Below are positions 1 to 9,110 of a DNA stretch of 57,257 bases, piece by piece (the stretch's first letter is position 1; each line of letters opens with the position of its first letter). This stretch comes from an uncultured virus (IMG/VR IMGVR_UViG_3300045391_005857). Lineage: Duplodnaviria > Heunggongvirae > Uroviricota > Caudoviricetes. The translations under genes and the position numbers were made by a program. The notes beneath the pieces are model-generated. The model worked only from the letters and a program-made list of their open reading frames with translations. It had not been told where the DNA came from and made no database searches. The DNA is taken from IMG/VR virus record IMGVR_UViG_3300045391_005857; one strand, 5' to 3'.

Positions 1-131
1 AGCAATGGCTTCGCCAGTCTAGGCGGTGGTGGGTTCGTCGGCACAGAGGCAGGCTACGCTGAAACGATGCAGCCCGCGCGGCACGAAGACCCGGATATGG
101 CCCCGATCTTCACAGGGCCGCCCCATCAGCC

Positions 132-386
132 TTAATTGGCGTTTAGCATCGCCAGCTCGGCGACCGCTTCCGCCGAAATCTCGTCGAGCCGCTGAATCTT
201 CAGGGACGACTGCCGGCCGTTGGGCGACATCACGAGGATCGTGACTTCGTCCTCACCCTTCTGCTCGGCCTTATCGAGAGCGGCGCCCAAGGCGCGCACG
301 GCCGACCGGTTCAGCGCGAGCCGGGGCTCAGCGCAGGCGTGACCAGCGTCTCGCAGGTCGACCAGAGGTGTGAGGGTTGCGGACAT
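132..386 (-). CDS. hypothetical protein (84 aa)
   Basis: ATG start, co-oriented with neighbouring minus-strand ORFs. Confidence 0.55.
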   Translation of the reverse strand: MSATLTPLVDLRDAGHACAEPRLALNRSAVRALGAALDKAEQKGEDEVTILVMSPNGRQSSLKIQRLDEISAEAVAELAMLNAN

Positions 387-471
387 GGTTAGATCATCCT
401 ATGCAGGTTGGTGTCGCCTCCCTGCTGGATTGGTTTCAAAGTCTATGCGGCCGCACGAGTTGTGGCTAGAC

Positions 472-1278
472 CTACTCGGCCGGCTTGTAGTCCACGATGC
501 CCATCGCAGCCAGCGCTTGACCGCGACTGATCATGCCACGCTCCTGGATTTGGGAGAGCGCTTGCATCTGCTCGTGCGACAACTGCGACGCGCGCGGGGT
601 GGCAGCCACATGAGCCACAACCTCCAGTGAAGGTTCGGCCACATTCGCCAGATCGGGCTCAACGATGAAGCTCATCGGCTGCACGGTCTCGTGGTCCCAG
701 TTGCCCCATTCGTTGCGGTAGATGCCGGGCGGCAACGACAGCGGATAGTCGGGCTGCGCGGACGGTGTTCCTACGATCGGTTCACCCAATTGGTGGTTGT
801 AGAACTCGTTCGCGGCTCGCTGCCGGGCGACCTCGTCCACCAGGCCGGTATAGTCGCGGGTCCACCGGCGATCTCGCATCGTCCTATTGGTCCCGGCCGC
901 CGGAGCCGAAGCTCCTGGCGGCAGGCCCAGTGGTTGAGGAGCTGCGGGAGCCACGCCGCGGGCTCGATCGGCCGCCTCTTGTTGCCGCTGCATCTCCTGA
1001 ACGAACGCCTGCTGCAGAGCACTTGCCGTGCCCGTGGGCTTCGGCGGCATTGGCTTAGAGGCCACGGGCGGCTTATCACGCCGCTGGAGCGATTCACAGC
1101 CGCAATACCGGCACAGGCAACCCTTTAGGCTCTCACCAAAGGGGGCTGGCGTCCCCTTTGGAATCTCCGCACCCGCCTGGTCGCCACAGTTGACGCACAG
1201 GGTGACAACCTTGTAGGTCGTTTGCTCGTCATTGGCCCCGCCGCTGATGTCGATCGACCGCAATTCTCTTTCTGCCAT
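472..1278 (-). CDS. hypothetical protein with N-terminal Zn ribbon and Pro-rich linker
   Basis: CVNC...CRYC pairs; AAGGA upstream of ATG. Confidence 0.7.
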   Translation of the reverse strand: MAERELRSIDISGGANDEQTTYKVVTLCVNCGDQAGAEIPKGTPAPFGESLKGCLCRYCGCESLQRRDKPPVASKPMPPKPTGTASALQQAFVQEMQRQQEAADRARGVAPAAPQPLGLPPGASAPAAGTNRTMRDRRWTRDYTGLVDEVARQRAANEFYNHQLGEPIVGTPSAQPDYPLSLPPGIYRNEWGNWDHETVQPMSFIVEPDLANVAEPSLEVVAHVAATPRASQLSHEQMQALSQIQERGMISRGQALAAMGIVDYKPAE

Positions 1279-1325
1279 GACAAATTCCTTTGTGCTTCGC
1301 AGCTAACTCCTTGCTGCACAAACCT

Positions 1326-1892
1326 TTAGACCTCTTCGCCCGTCACGATATTTTCCGCTTTTATCCGCGCATCCAGATCGGCGAAATTGTCGTTAAGTGG
1401 CTTATCCTCAACGACTTGCGCCACGCTATCCACCACATTATCGGTTCCTAAGTACCGTTTCCAGTCCCAACTCTCGGGATCGCGAGCCCCAATCACCGCA
1501 TGCGTCCCAGTCGCGACCAGCACCGCGGCACTCCCCTTCGGTACCGCAGCCAACGCCTCCTCCACCGTCTCGAATGGCGCCTCGTACGACCCGTTGGGCG
1601 TCTTCTTCGCCCCACGCTTCCCGACGTACCAGGTGTAGGCGTCTGGACCCATGGGGCGACGTACCATCTCGCCCGCCCCAACCTCACCCATCTGCCCTAC
1701 CTCACGCCACAGACCACTCTGCCATTCATAGTCGCCACACCGCTTCAGCTCCCCGATCCGCACCGGCCTCCAGACCATGAACAGAACAGGCAGTCCCTCC
1801 CCGCTCACTTCGTCGCCATCACCCCACGCACCCTCAGTTAGCTCACCAGCTGCTGCGAGCTGCAGCACGGGATCGACCGGTTTCCTGGGCAT
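1326..1892 (-). CDS. hypothetical protein (188 aa)
   Basis: Long ORF, AGGGG upstream of ATG. Confidence 0.65.
   Translation of the reverse strand: MPRKPVDPVLQLAAAGELTEGAWGDGDEVSGEGLPVLFMVWRPVRIGELKRCGDYEWQSGLWREVGQMGEVGAGEMVRRPMGPDAYTWYVGKRGAKKTPNGSYEAPFETVEEALAAVPKGSAAVLVATGTHAVIGARDPESWDWKRYLGTDNVVDSVAQVVEDKPLNDNFADLDARIKAENIVTGEEV
1444..1456 (-). repeat. variant copy of dispersed 13-mer (GGTACTTAGGAAC)
   Basis: GTTCCTAAGTACC on + strand, one mismatch to the motif, inside a minus-strand gene. Confidence 0.6.
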
Positions 1893-1982
1893 TAGAATAA
1901 TCCCCTAAATTTCTAACGTGAGCAGGACACTTTAGCAGAGTTGCTGTTGACACGCCTACACGTTCCTCCGGACATTGAGCCC

Positions 1983-2714
1983 ATGCACACGCCCACACCG
2001 ATCGCCACGCTCCTTGGCCACAGCGTTCCCTTGTCGACCCAGAGCACCTTTTCGGGAATCGCTCCAGCCTCACCACGGCGTTTCAAGATTGCCCAGCTCG
2101 TAGCCTGCCTAGTTTCCCGTCCAGACGCCCACGCACAGGCCCTCCCGTCGGAATCGATACTCACGGGCATGGGGTCCTACGGTACAAAACAGGCCGGAAT
2201 TGAAGACAACCAAGGACAGAATCGAGGACAACCAATACCGCCAGATTGGGCTGAACTCCTTGCTGCGTATAGAGTTAAGTGCGGACAAGAGCTGGCGTAT
2301 TTGATGCCGGCATTCCGCCCATTCCAATTGCCATCCGGCAGGTGGCTGACGCCAGGGGCTCCTGGAGCCGCTAGCATTGCGCCAGGCGCAGTGCCACACG
2401 ACGCAGCCTATATCCGAAATAATGAGGACGTTAAAACCGCCGCGTCGATCATCGCACCGGCAGCTTCGCCCGCGCAAGCCCAGCAGGCCCTGAACTCGAT
2501 GATGCCTTATCCGGCCCGCCAGCCGCTTCCCGGCCTCTCCGCACCGCCTGGCGGCGGCCTCCCGGGACACGCGGCGATCAACAACACCATCCAGACCAAA
2601 GGCCCGATCTCAGCCAGCGGGGATTTCGGCAATCCCAACGCTGGGCAGGACGTGGCCATGCAGCCGGCTAAAATTGCCGGTTGGCTGAAGATGCGGCGAT
2701 TACTAGGTGTATGA
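1983..2714 (+). CDS. Pro/Ala/Gly-rich hypothetical, possible virion-internal protein
   Basis: ATG at 1983 within ORF 1941-2714; KQAG, KTAA and KIAG motifs. Confidence 0.6.
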   Translation: MHTPTPIATLLGHSVPLSTQSTFSGIAPASPRRFKIAQLVACLVSRPDAHAQALPSESILTGMGSYGTKQAGIEDNQGQNRGQPIPPDWAELLAAYRVKCGQELAYLMPAFRPFQLPSGRWLTPGAPGAASIAPGAVPHDAAYIRNNEDVKTAASIIAPAASPAQAQQALNSMMPYPARQPLPGLSAPPGGGLPGHAAINNTIQTKGPISASGDFGNPNAGQDVAMQPAKIAGWLKMRRLLGV

Positions 2715-3177
2715 CGTGGTGATCTACGCTCCCCGTGAGCCCTTCAGAATCGAGTATTTCGCTATGGACGCAGATATCATTGGCGGCTTCCCGACGGTCG
2801 ACCCCAACTGTGCCGGCTGTGGCAAGCCGCTGACCCAGGAGAATGCCTGGATGACGGACGGCTGTCCGTGCAACCATCCGCTGGGCTGCAACAACCAGAA
2901 CGAGACGCGGTGGCGACTGCTCATGCAGCTCCAGCAGGCGCAGTCACGCGACCTGGCCGGCGTGCTCAATGTGTTGGACCTCATGGGCATACCCAAGACC
3001 TACGAGGGTAACAGCGATGGCGTGCGGCGGACCGAGACGTATACTGTGCTCGGGCGGATGCGGGAGCTGCAGCACCGCATGCAGCAGCTCCAGCCGCGGG
3101 AGAAGCAAACGCTCTCGCCGAAAGACGCGGCCTTTGTCGACTTTGCCGGCGATCTGCACACTGCGTTTGGTGGTTGA
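2707..3177 (+). CDS. hypothetical protein with Cys cluster
   Basis: CAGC...CPC...C; start uncertain. Confidence 0.55.
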   Translation: MYDVVIYAPREPFRIEYFAMDADIIGGFPTVDPNCAGCGKPLTQENAWMTDGCPCNHPLGCNNQNETRWRLLMQLQQAQSRDLAGVLNVLDLMGIPKTYEGNSDGVRRTETYTVLGRMRELQHRMQQLQPREKQTLSPKDAAFVDFAGDLHTAFGG

Positions 3178-3181
3178 GTTT

Positions 3182-3194
3182 GGTACTTAGAAAC
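3182..3194 (+). repeat. dispersed 13-mer GGTACTTAGAAAC, copy 1
   Basis: Exact copy, intergenic, 2 nt before ATG 3197. Confidence 0.9.
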
Positions 3195-3196
3195 CC

Positions 3197-3829
3197 ATGA
3201 CTTGTTACTTAGTGCTCGGTACTCCGCGCAGCGGCACGAACGCCGTGGCCGGCGTTATGCACCGGCTTGGCATCATGATGGGCGAGCGATTCATTGCAGA
3301 CGATCCAGAATGGAACGCCAGAGGTTTTTACCAGGATGCTGATTTTCACGAGGCCCACGCCACATTATTCAGTGGGGACGAGTTTCCGCGGCTGGGCAGC
3401 ATTGTTGATTATGCCGACGTCGACCCCATCCGGGGGTTAGTGCGACGGCGGGTGGAAGCCGGGTCGGATTTCGGTTTTGCCGGAATGTACGTGCCGTGGC
3501 TATCGCCAAACGTCGTGGAGTGGTGCCGGCCAATGGCGGTAGCTGTAATTGTCGTGCGTCGGCCCTTTCATGAGAGCGTGCAGAGTTGGGCGGCCCGCAC
3601 CGGTACGCCGCTGGAGATTGTCTGCCACGGCATGGCCAGGGCACTATATGCAGTCGAGGAGGCGGCCGCGATTGTCGGCTGCTGCAAACTCGAACTAAGC
3701 TATCACGAGCTGCTGCGCGACAGGGAGTCGACAGTTAAGCGGATTGCCGAATTTGTTGGTCGCGACAGCAACCGGGCCGCAATCGATTTCATCGATCCGT
3801 CGTTGCGGCGGTTTGGATCGCCACTATGA
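3197..3829 (+). CDS. sulfotransferase-family protein
   Basis: N-terminal PAPS-loop GTPRSGT; IVVRRP...SVQSW; C-terminal SYHELL...RIAEFVG. Confidence 0.8.
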   Translation: MTCYLVLGTPRSGTNAVAGVMHRLGIMMGERFIADDPEWNARGFYQDADFHEAHATLFSGDEFPRLGSIVDYADVDPIRGLVRRRVEAGSDFGFAGMYVPWLSPNVVEWCRPMAVAVIVVRRPFHESVQSWAARTGTPLEIVCHGMARALYAVEEAAAIVGCCKLELSYHELLRDRESTVKRIAEFVGRDSNRAAIDFIDPSLRRFGSPL

Positions 3830-4086
3830 TCCGCGCACAGCGAGTCGAGGGCGGCGGTTACTGGGCGTTGACGTCCGACGGTCGTGAGTTTTTCTTGTCT
3901 GCAGAGCAAATCGGGACGTTGGTTCAGATCCCTGAGATCGGGTTGGCGTCGTGGCGGTCGCAATCGCAAGTCGCTAGGATTCAACAGGCAATTGCCGCCG
4001 GGCTCGGGCTCACGGCAGATTTGGTTACGGTGACGTTGGCGGGCGGTCGACTTATCAATGTCGAGATAGGCTATGGCCACGGTTAA
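3826..4086 (+). CDS. hypothetical protein (86 aa)
   Basis: ATGA-coupled to the upstream gene. Confidence 0.6.
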   Translation: MIRAQRVEGGGYWALTSDGREFFLSAEQIGTLVQIPEIGLASWRSQSQVARIQQAIAAGLGLTADLVTVTLAGGRLINVEIGYGHG

Positions 4087-5224
4087 TATCTGCGGTTTTG
4101 AAACAGGCGACGCCACCGAGTTGGTATCGCTCACTGGTACCGCGTCTATTCAGAGTAGCGTGGTTCGCACAGGCGGTTACGCGCTGCGGAGCAATCCGAC
4201 CGGCTCCGGTGGCGGCAGCGGCACACTATGGGGGCTCGACGCATCTGGCTTACCTGTAGTCCATTCTCTAACGACTTACTACATGCGGTTTTATTTTCGC
4301 TACGCCATCAAGCCTGCCGCGGGCAACGAGATGATCGCCGCGATCGACGGCGATAGTAGCGCGAAGTTCCAATCTGCGCTGTTGCTGAGGCTGAATAGCG
4401 ATGGCACGTTGGCTGCGTATAGGTCCAGGGGTAATTATTTGACTGCCGGTTTGCTAGGGACGGGCTCGGCGGTTTTGAGTCAGGATACTTGGTACCGTAT
4501 TGAAATGATGCGATCCAGCACCGCGCACGCACCCTGGGAGGTCAGAGTCAACGGAGTCACGGACATATCCGGATCTGACGGCCCCAGCGTTATAACGAGC
4601 GGGGCATTTACGCTCGGCAAGGCCGGCAATGCCAATTCGCAAACGGTGGACTTCTTCTACGACGACGTTGTGATCTCGAATTCGGGTTTCCCCGGCGCTG
4701 GTGCGGTCATTGCTTTACACCCCGACGGTACCATCGCCGACGACTGGAGTATCGGTGCTGGCTCAGGGAGCGACTATCAGCAAATCGATGAGACCACCCC
4801 GGATGGTGATACGACATACTTGGTAGCATCTGTAGTCGGCTCTACGGGTACGTTCACGTTGACGGATACCGGTATTGATCCGGCGTCGGTGATTAACACC
4901 TGCAAGTTGCTGGGTGGGTTCAAGACTGGAAGCGGCTCGCCGGCAGTTAATATGTTTTTGTCCACGGCGCTCGGCCACAACTGCGATCCGACAGGCGATT
5001 ACAGCACCACCGGCAGCTATGTGGTCCTAGGGCAAGTCAACGATACAGGTCCTGCGGTCGACGGGTCGCCGGCGTGGACGCCCGCCGATCTCGACGGCTG
5101 TTTTGCCAACATTCAATTTAGTTCCGGGGTGGGCAGCGTCCCGCGCTGTACATATTTAGCGGTGATGGTTGATTACGGCCCGCCACCTCAGCCGCCTGTG
5201 CGGACAATTTTAGGCGTGCTGTAA
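4073..5224 (+). CDS. Gly/Ser/Thr-rich beta-sandwich (LamG/lectin-like) protein, probably virion structural
   Basis: TWYRIE, VRVNG and FFYDDVVIS patterns typical of concanavalin-like folds. Confidence 0.6.
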   Translation: MATVNICGFETGDATELVSLTGTASIQSSVVRTGGYALRSNPTGSGGGSGTLWGLDASGLPVVHSLTTYYMRFYFRYAIKPAAGNEMIAAIDGDSSAKFQSALLLRLNSDGTLAAYRSRGNYLTAGLLGTGSAVLSQDTWYRIEMMRSSTAHAPWEVRVNGVTDISGSDGPSVITSGAFTLGKAGNANSQTVDFFYDDVVISNSGFPGAGAVIALHPDGTIADDWSIGAGSGSDYQQIDETTPDGDTTYLVASVVGSTGTFTLTDTGIDPASVINTCKLLGGFKTGSGSPAVNMFLSTALGHNCDPTGDYSTTGSYVVLGQVNDTGPAVDGSPAWTPADLDGCFANIQFSSGVGSVPRCTYLAVMVDYGPPPQPPVRTILGVL

Positions 5225-5250
5225 TCTCGTTTTGAAAAGGAAGTCATGCC

Positions 5251-6003
5251 ATGGGAATCAGATATCTGGAGCAGCGCGAGCCGCTCTCCCATCTCGTGCC
5301 CGTCTACTTCGTGTTCGCGGTGATCTTGGGTGTCATCTTGCTGGTTGCTGTCGCTCGCGGGCAGAACCCGCAGGCCGCGCCGCAGCAGCCGGTAGCTCGC
5401 CCACGCGGCCAATTGATCCAGAAGGCGAAGACGCTGATCAGCGGCGCTGTTGAGCAGGCCTCGCAGCTCCAGCAGCAGCCGCAGCAACCCAACCCGGCCC
5501 AAGATCAAATCTCCGATCGCTTCCCGCCGATCGTAGGCGCGACACCACGCGGCGGACCCATCAAGCCTGCGTTGCCTGGTGGCATCAGCTTCGTATGGCT
5601 CGAACTCACCGAGCAGCCCCACGACGGCGACACCGTCAAGGGCATCATCCACCTGCCGTTTGGCACGGACATTCGCGAGGCGTCCTATCGCGGTTACGGC
5701 TACGACACCTGCGAGGTCGATCATACCCGGCGAAACGCCAACCCGCCGATCACGGCCGCCGAGATCGTCATTGGTAAGAAGTGCCGCGATGATTTCCGGG
5801 CGCTGTTGGCCCAGCCCAACACGTTCTTGCTGGCCGAAGATCCGTTTATTAGCTCTACGCCGGGGCAAACCTACGATCGTACCGAGGCTCGCCTGGTGGT
5901 CTGGCAGAACAACCAGTACATCGACGTGGCGAAGTGGATGCAGGATCGTGGATATCTGCGTTCCCAGTTGCAACAGGCCGTGCCGCCAATTCCGGCCCAG
6001 TAG
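5251..6003 (+). CDS. membrane-anchored thermonuclease (SNase-like)
   Basis: N-terminal TM helix, Q/P linker, then HDGDTV...GYDTCE...YDRTEA...VAKWMQDRGY matching the SNase motif order. Confidence 0.65.
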   Translation: MGIRYLEQREPLSHLVPVYFVFAVILGVILLVAVARGQNPQAAPQQPVARPRGQLIQKAKTLISGAVEQASQLQQQPQQPNPAQDQISDRFPPIVGATPRGGPIKPALPGGISFVWLELTEQPHDGDTVKGIIHLPFGTDIREASYRGYGYDTCEVDHTRRNANPPITAAEIVIGKKCRDDFRALLAQPNTFLLAEDPFISSTPGQTYDRTEARLVVWQNNQYIDVAKWMQDRGYLRSQLQQAVPPIPAQ

Positions 6004-6012
6004 GAGCTGCCG

Positions 6013-6276
6013 ATGGAAATGCAAGAACTAGGCCCGGTCAAGCTGACGCAAAAGCTGCGAGATCACGTGCGGGCCACCCGCGGCGACGAGACGGCGGATT
6101 GCATCGCTAATTACGAGGTGGCGATCTTACGGATTGCCGGCCCGCGTTTTTCGCTCACGTTCCCCGGCTTACCGACTCAGCTTAACTTCGACCGGCAAGT
6201 CCAGCACCACGATGCGGCGATCGTGCTAGACGGTGCTCCGCGGGATTTTGATCTATTGACCGTCGCTGCCGATTGA
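6013..6276 (+). CDS. hypothetical protein (87 aa)
   Basis: AGGAG RBS upstream. Confidence 0.65.
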   Translation: MEMQELGPVKLTQKLRDHVRATRGDETADCIANYEVAILRIAGPRFSLTFPGLPTQLNFDRQVQHHDAAIVLDGAPRDFDLLTVAAD

Positions 6277-6300
6277 CAGTTGGATTTCTCTTGTCATAAT
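6273..6300 (+). promoter_or_regulatory. sigma70-like promoter
   Basis: TTGACA-16-CATAAT with extended -10 TG. Confidence 0.7.
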
Positions 6301-6312
6301 TCTGTCATGACA
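6291..6312 (+). repeat. 22-bp operator-like box, copy 1
   Basis: TTGTCATAATTCTGTCATGACA, identical to 10409-10430. Confidence 0.9.
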
Positions 6313-6494
6313 CGGACGCGAAACCGTGTCAGCGTCATTGTGACGCTGTTGCCCCGATCGCCGGAAATCTACCTAGTGCCAAATGGCCTCGGTGGGCGCG
6401 TCCCGGTGATCAAAGGCGATGGTTTAACGATACGCAGCAGCAAGGCAGGCAGTGGTCGGCTGGGTCGGAGCCCTACCGACCGCTGCCCTTTTTT
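6306..6494 (+). ncRNA. structured leader or sRNA of unknown class
   Basis: Stems 6308-15/6324-31, 6330-37/6341-48, 6356-64/6403-11, alternative 6345-52/6434-41, then terminator. Confidence 0.55.
6448..6494 (+). terminator. intrinsic terminator or attenuator
   Basis: GGCAGTGGTCGG/CCGACCGCTGCC 12-bp stem followed by T6. Confidence 0.7.
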
Positions 6495-6505
6495 GTAGGC
6501 GCAGG

Positions 6506-6727
6506 ATGGCCAGCAAACATCTCACGACGGGCGACATCGCGAAACTGTGTAACGTGTGCCCGCGAACCGTTGTCAAATGGTGCGACAGCGGGCTGTTGCC
6601 GCATATCAAGCTGCGGCCGAGCCGGCATCGCTGGATCACTCCCCAGGCGTTGGTGGAGTTCCTGCGGCAGCACAATAATCCTATTCCGGAGGAGCTGCAG
6701 TTATGCGTCGGCTCTGGATCGCAGTGA
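6506..6727 (+). CDS. MerR/excisionase-type HTH (HTH_17-like) DNA-binding protein
   Basis: LTTGDIAKLCNVCPRTVVKWCDSGLL...RHRWI. Confidence 0.85.
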   Translation: MASKHLTTGDIAKLCNVCPRTVVKWCDSGLLPHIKLRPSRHRWITPQALVEFLRQHNNPIPEELQLCVGSGSQ

Positions 6728-6957
6728 TCATGCCCGGCTGCAGCTTTCTGCTCGGGCATGTGTTCTTCAACTGGGCGCTGAAGCCGCACCCTTGGTATCC
6801 GGACTACGTCGCGATCCCGGTGATCGCCACGCTGGCCGCCATCGTTGTGTGCCGGCTGCGTGACGTGTATCGTGAGGACCAACAGCATTGGAAACTGCTG
6901 ATGGAGATTCGAGATCGGATCGAGGCTGAAAACCGCAGGGAGGCTAACCGCGCATGA
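6703..6957 (+). CDS. small membrane protein
   Basis: Two hydrophobic segments. Confidence 0.6.
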   Translation: MRRLWIAVIMPGCSFLLGHVFFNWALKPHPWYPDYVAIPVIATLAAIVVCRLRDVYREDQQHWKLLMEIRDRIEAENRREANRA

Positions 6958-7373
6958 GCTGGCTCATCGGACATCTGGTCGGGGATTACTTGCTGCAGAA
7001 CGATTGGCAGGCGCAGGGCAAGAAGAAGGCCCATCTGCCGTGCCTGGTGCACGTGTCGCTCTATACGCTGGCCGTGATGTTGTTCACGCAATGGCCGCTG
7101 TGGGCGATTCCCGTGATCTTCATCCCGCACTATCTGATCGATCGCTGGTCGTTCGTGCCCTGGTACATGCGGCTGATCGGGCAGGGTGATTTCATGAAGG
7201 CATCGCATCTGCAGACGGAGCAATACGGCAGCACGTGGCATGTGCCATGGCAGACGATAACTGATGTCAAGCTGCACATCGGCCTCGGCCCCTGGTCGAT
7301 CATCGTGGTCGATAATGTGATGCACCTCGTGTGCTTGTATTTCACTGATTTGCTCGTCAAAGCCTATGGTTAG
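6954..7373 (+). CDS. DUF3307-like membrane protein
   Basis: GHLVGDYLLQ...LVHV..Y...HYLID...DNVMH. Confidence 0.75.
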   Translation: MSWLIGHLVGDYLLQNDWQAQGKKKAHLPCLVHVSLYTLAVMLFTQWPLWAIPVIFIPHYLIDRWSFVPWYMRLIGQGDFMKASHLQTEQYGSTWHVPWQTITDVKLHIGLGPWSIIVVDNVMHLVCLYFTDLLVKAYG

Positions 7374-7509
7374 CGTCTGCATTACCGAGAAACAGCTCTT
7401 CCGCTGCCATCCGCGCGATATTGAGACCTTGCGGCCTGTGTTCAATGCCATCCGCGGCGAGATGCCAGGGTGTCGTCCAGTTATTATTCCTACTACTCCT
7501 GAAATCTAA
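7366..7509 (+). CDS. small hypothetical (47 aa, not in ORF track)
   Basis: MVSVCITEKQ...TTPEI fills the gap between coupled genes. Confidence 0.45.
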   Translation: MVSVCITEKQLFRCHPRDIETLRPVFNAIRGEMPGCRPVIIPTTPEI

Positions 7510-7746
7510 ATGCAGACGCGCACCTGGCCCTACGGCACCAAACTCAAAGCCCGCCTGGAGAGCAAGAAGCACCTGGAGAACGGTCGTTTCGCCGGCGCCT
7601 GGGTCATTATCCTGGTGGACGAGAATAACGAGGCCCAGGTGCTGTTGCAGGCACATGGCACGCCTAAGAACCCCGGCGACAAGTGCGAGATCGAGTTCTG
7701 CGAGGGCGGGCCGACGGGCGGCTATTGGAAGATCGTGGAGGCCTGA
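7510..7746 (+). CDS. hypothetical protein (78 aa)
   Basis: Abuts neighbours, GC-rich codon usage. Confidence 0.65.
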   Translation: MQTRTWPYGTKLKARLESKKHLENGRFAGAWVIILVDENNEAQVLLQAHGTPKNPGDKCEIEFCEGGPTGGYWKIVEA

Positions 7747-8114
7747 TGCGGTTATCACCAGCTACCCGCAGAGCCCTGAGCAACCTGCTGCATCGTCGCG
7801 AGATCAGCGCCGGCTGCAAGCGGCAGTGCGATTACGGCGGGCTCCAGGGTACGATCGCCAGCCTGGTGCGGCGTGGCCTGATCACATACGGCAAGGCCAA
7901 TGGTTACGAGCTGACGCTGCTAGGCCGCGAGGTGATCACGGCCTACGAGCGGATCGAATGGCGGGACAGTCTGCTGACCAAGTACGAGCGGCGGATTTAC
8001 GAGCTGGAGGAGATGCTCGAAATGACTATGCCGTACCTGCACGGCGACTTCCAGCGTGCGGCGCAGGCGTTGCTGCGGCAGAAGGTTGGGCAACCACCGA
8101 AAGGAAAGCTATGA
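7746..8114 (+). CDS. possible winged-helix plus coiled-coil protein
   Basis: TIASLVRRGLI...YELTLLGRE; TGATG coupling. Confidence 0.55.
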   Translation: MRLSPATRRALSNLLHRREISAGCKRQCDYGGLQGTIASLVRRGLITYGKANGYELTLLGREVITAYERIEWRDSLLTKYERRIYELEEMLEMTMPYLHGDFQRAAQALLRQKVGQPPKGKL

Positions 8115-8123
8115 GCGTGACCA

Positions 8124-8315
8124 ATGACAATCATCGCCAGGAAGAACGGCAAAACGTACGTCATCACCGAAGAAGATCAGCGCGAAATCCTAAAGCTGCT
8201 GGTCCAGTGCGGCGATTTAGAACTTGCGACGGATCAGTACATGCGGCGCAAGTACGGCGAGGCGTTCGTCCCAGAGCCCGAGACTAAGCCCGATGATCAC
8301 CATCCCCTTCGGTAA
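8124..8315 (+). CDS. hypothetical protein (63 aa)
   Basis: In-operon ORF. Confidence 0.55.
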   Translation: MTIIARKNGKTYVITEEDQREILKLLVQCGDLELATDQYMRRKYGEAFVPEPETKPDDHHPLR

Positions 8316-8562
8316 GCCCTTCGGCGATCTCCAATACCACTCGATGGAGGGCGAGTGCATCCGCAGCTTGCTGCAGTTTGCTGACACGTTCACCACGATC
8401 GACTACGAAGAACGCCGCGACGAGTGGATCGCTGAAGTGGTCGGTTGCACCCGTGAGGAGATCGGCGAGCCCCGGCAAGACTGGGCCGGCCTGCGGCGGC
8501 AGATCCTGGGCAGTTGCATGGTGGTAGAGGTCGCTCCCGATGTGTGGGCCAAATACACGTGA
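8293..8562 (+). CDS. MIxIPF-tag protein (MITIPF, 89 aa)
   Basis: ATG ATC ACC ATC CCC TTC. Confidence 0.7.
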   Translation: MITIPFGKPFGDLQYHSMEGECIRSLLQFADTFTTIDYEERRDEWIAEVVGCTREEIGEPRQDWAGLRRQILGSCMVVEVAPDVWAKYT

Positions 8563-8774
8563 TCGAAATCCCCTTTCGTACCTTCCGGCGACTCTCGAAT
8601 AAATGCCGCGAAGGCGACTACGTCTTCTGGCCAACGCCGATCGAGCTACGGTTCGGTATCTTGTCGCGTTTCGTTGAGCCCTGGCGTTACGGGCATACCA
8701 AAGTCCTGATATATACCTGGGTAGCGATTGGCGGCGAAATTCACAATGGTTACCAGTACGTGGATATCCCGTGA
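8559..8774 (+). CDS. MIxIPF-tag protein (MIEIPF, 71 aa)
   Basis: GTG ATC GAA ATC CCC TTT on GTGA overlap; paralog of 12175-12399. Confidence 0.7.
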   Translation: MIEIPFRTFRRLSNKCREGDYVFWPTPIELRFGILSRFVEPWRYGHTKVLIYTWVAIGGEIHNGYQYVDIP

Positions 8775-8846
8775 TCGAACTGCTTAAAAGATGAGCAAGC
8801 CAAGTTTGCTGAGCCAAGTATGTCGTTACCATTACTTTGGTGATCC

Positions 8847-9110
8847 ATGATCGAAATCCCCTTCACCCTCGACGTCGCGCCCTGGCTGTGGTGCCAGCAG
8901 CACGGCATGCATACGACGGCAGATAGCTATGCCCGGTCGCTCGCACTGCCCACGCCCGTCGATATCCATGCCATCTTCAACACCAGGCGGCTAACGGACG
9001 CCGAGGCAGCGGCCGTGCGGGCTCTTGACGGCGACGATGGCGATGCCGGTATCATTACGCTGAGTTATGAGGACCACGACACCGATTTTGCATGGAGGTC
9101 ATTGGAATGA
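8847..9110 (+). CDS. MIxIPF-tag protein (MIEIPF, 87 aa)
   Basis: ATG ATC GAA ATC CCC TTC. Confidence 0.7.
   Translation: MIEIPFTLDVAPWLWCQQHGMHTTADSYARSLALPTPVDIHAIFNTRRLTDAEAAAVRALDGDDGDAGIITLSYEDHDTDFAWRSLE

Noticed and set aside
6414..6480. Fluoride riboswitch (GGCGATGG)
   Set aside because: The complementary TTCGCC and downstream GATGAC elements are missing.
8293..8310. Similarity of GATCACCATCCCCTT to the 16S rRNA 3' end
   Set aside because: Same sense as the rRNA so it cannot pair with it, and the match holds for only one copy.
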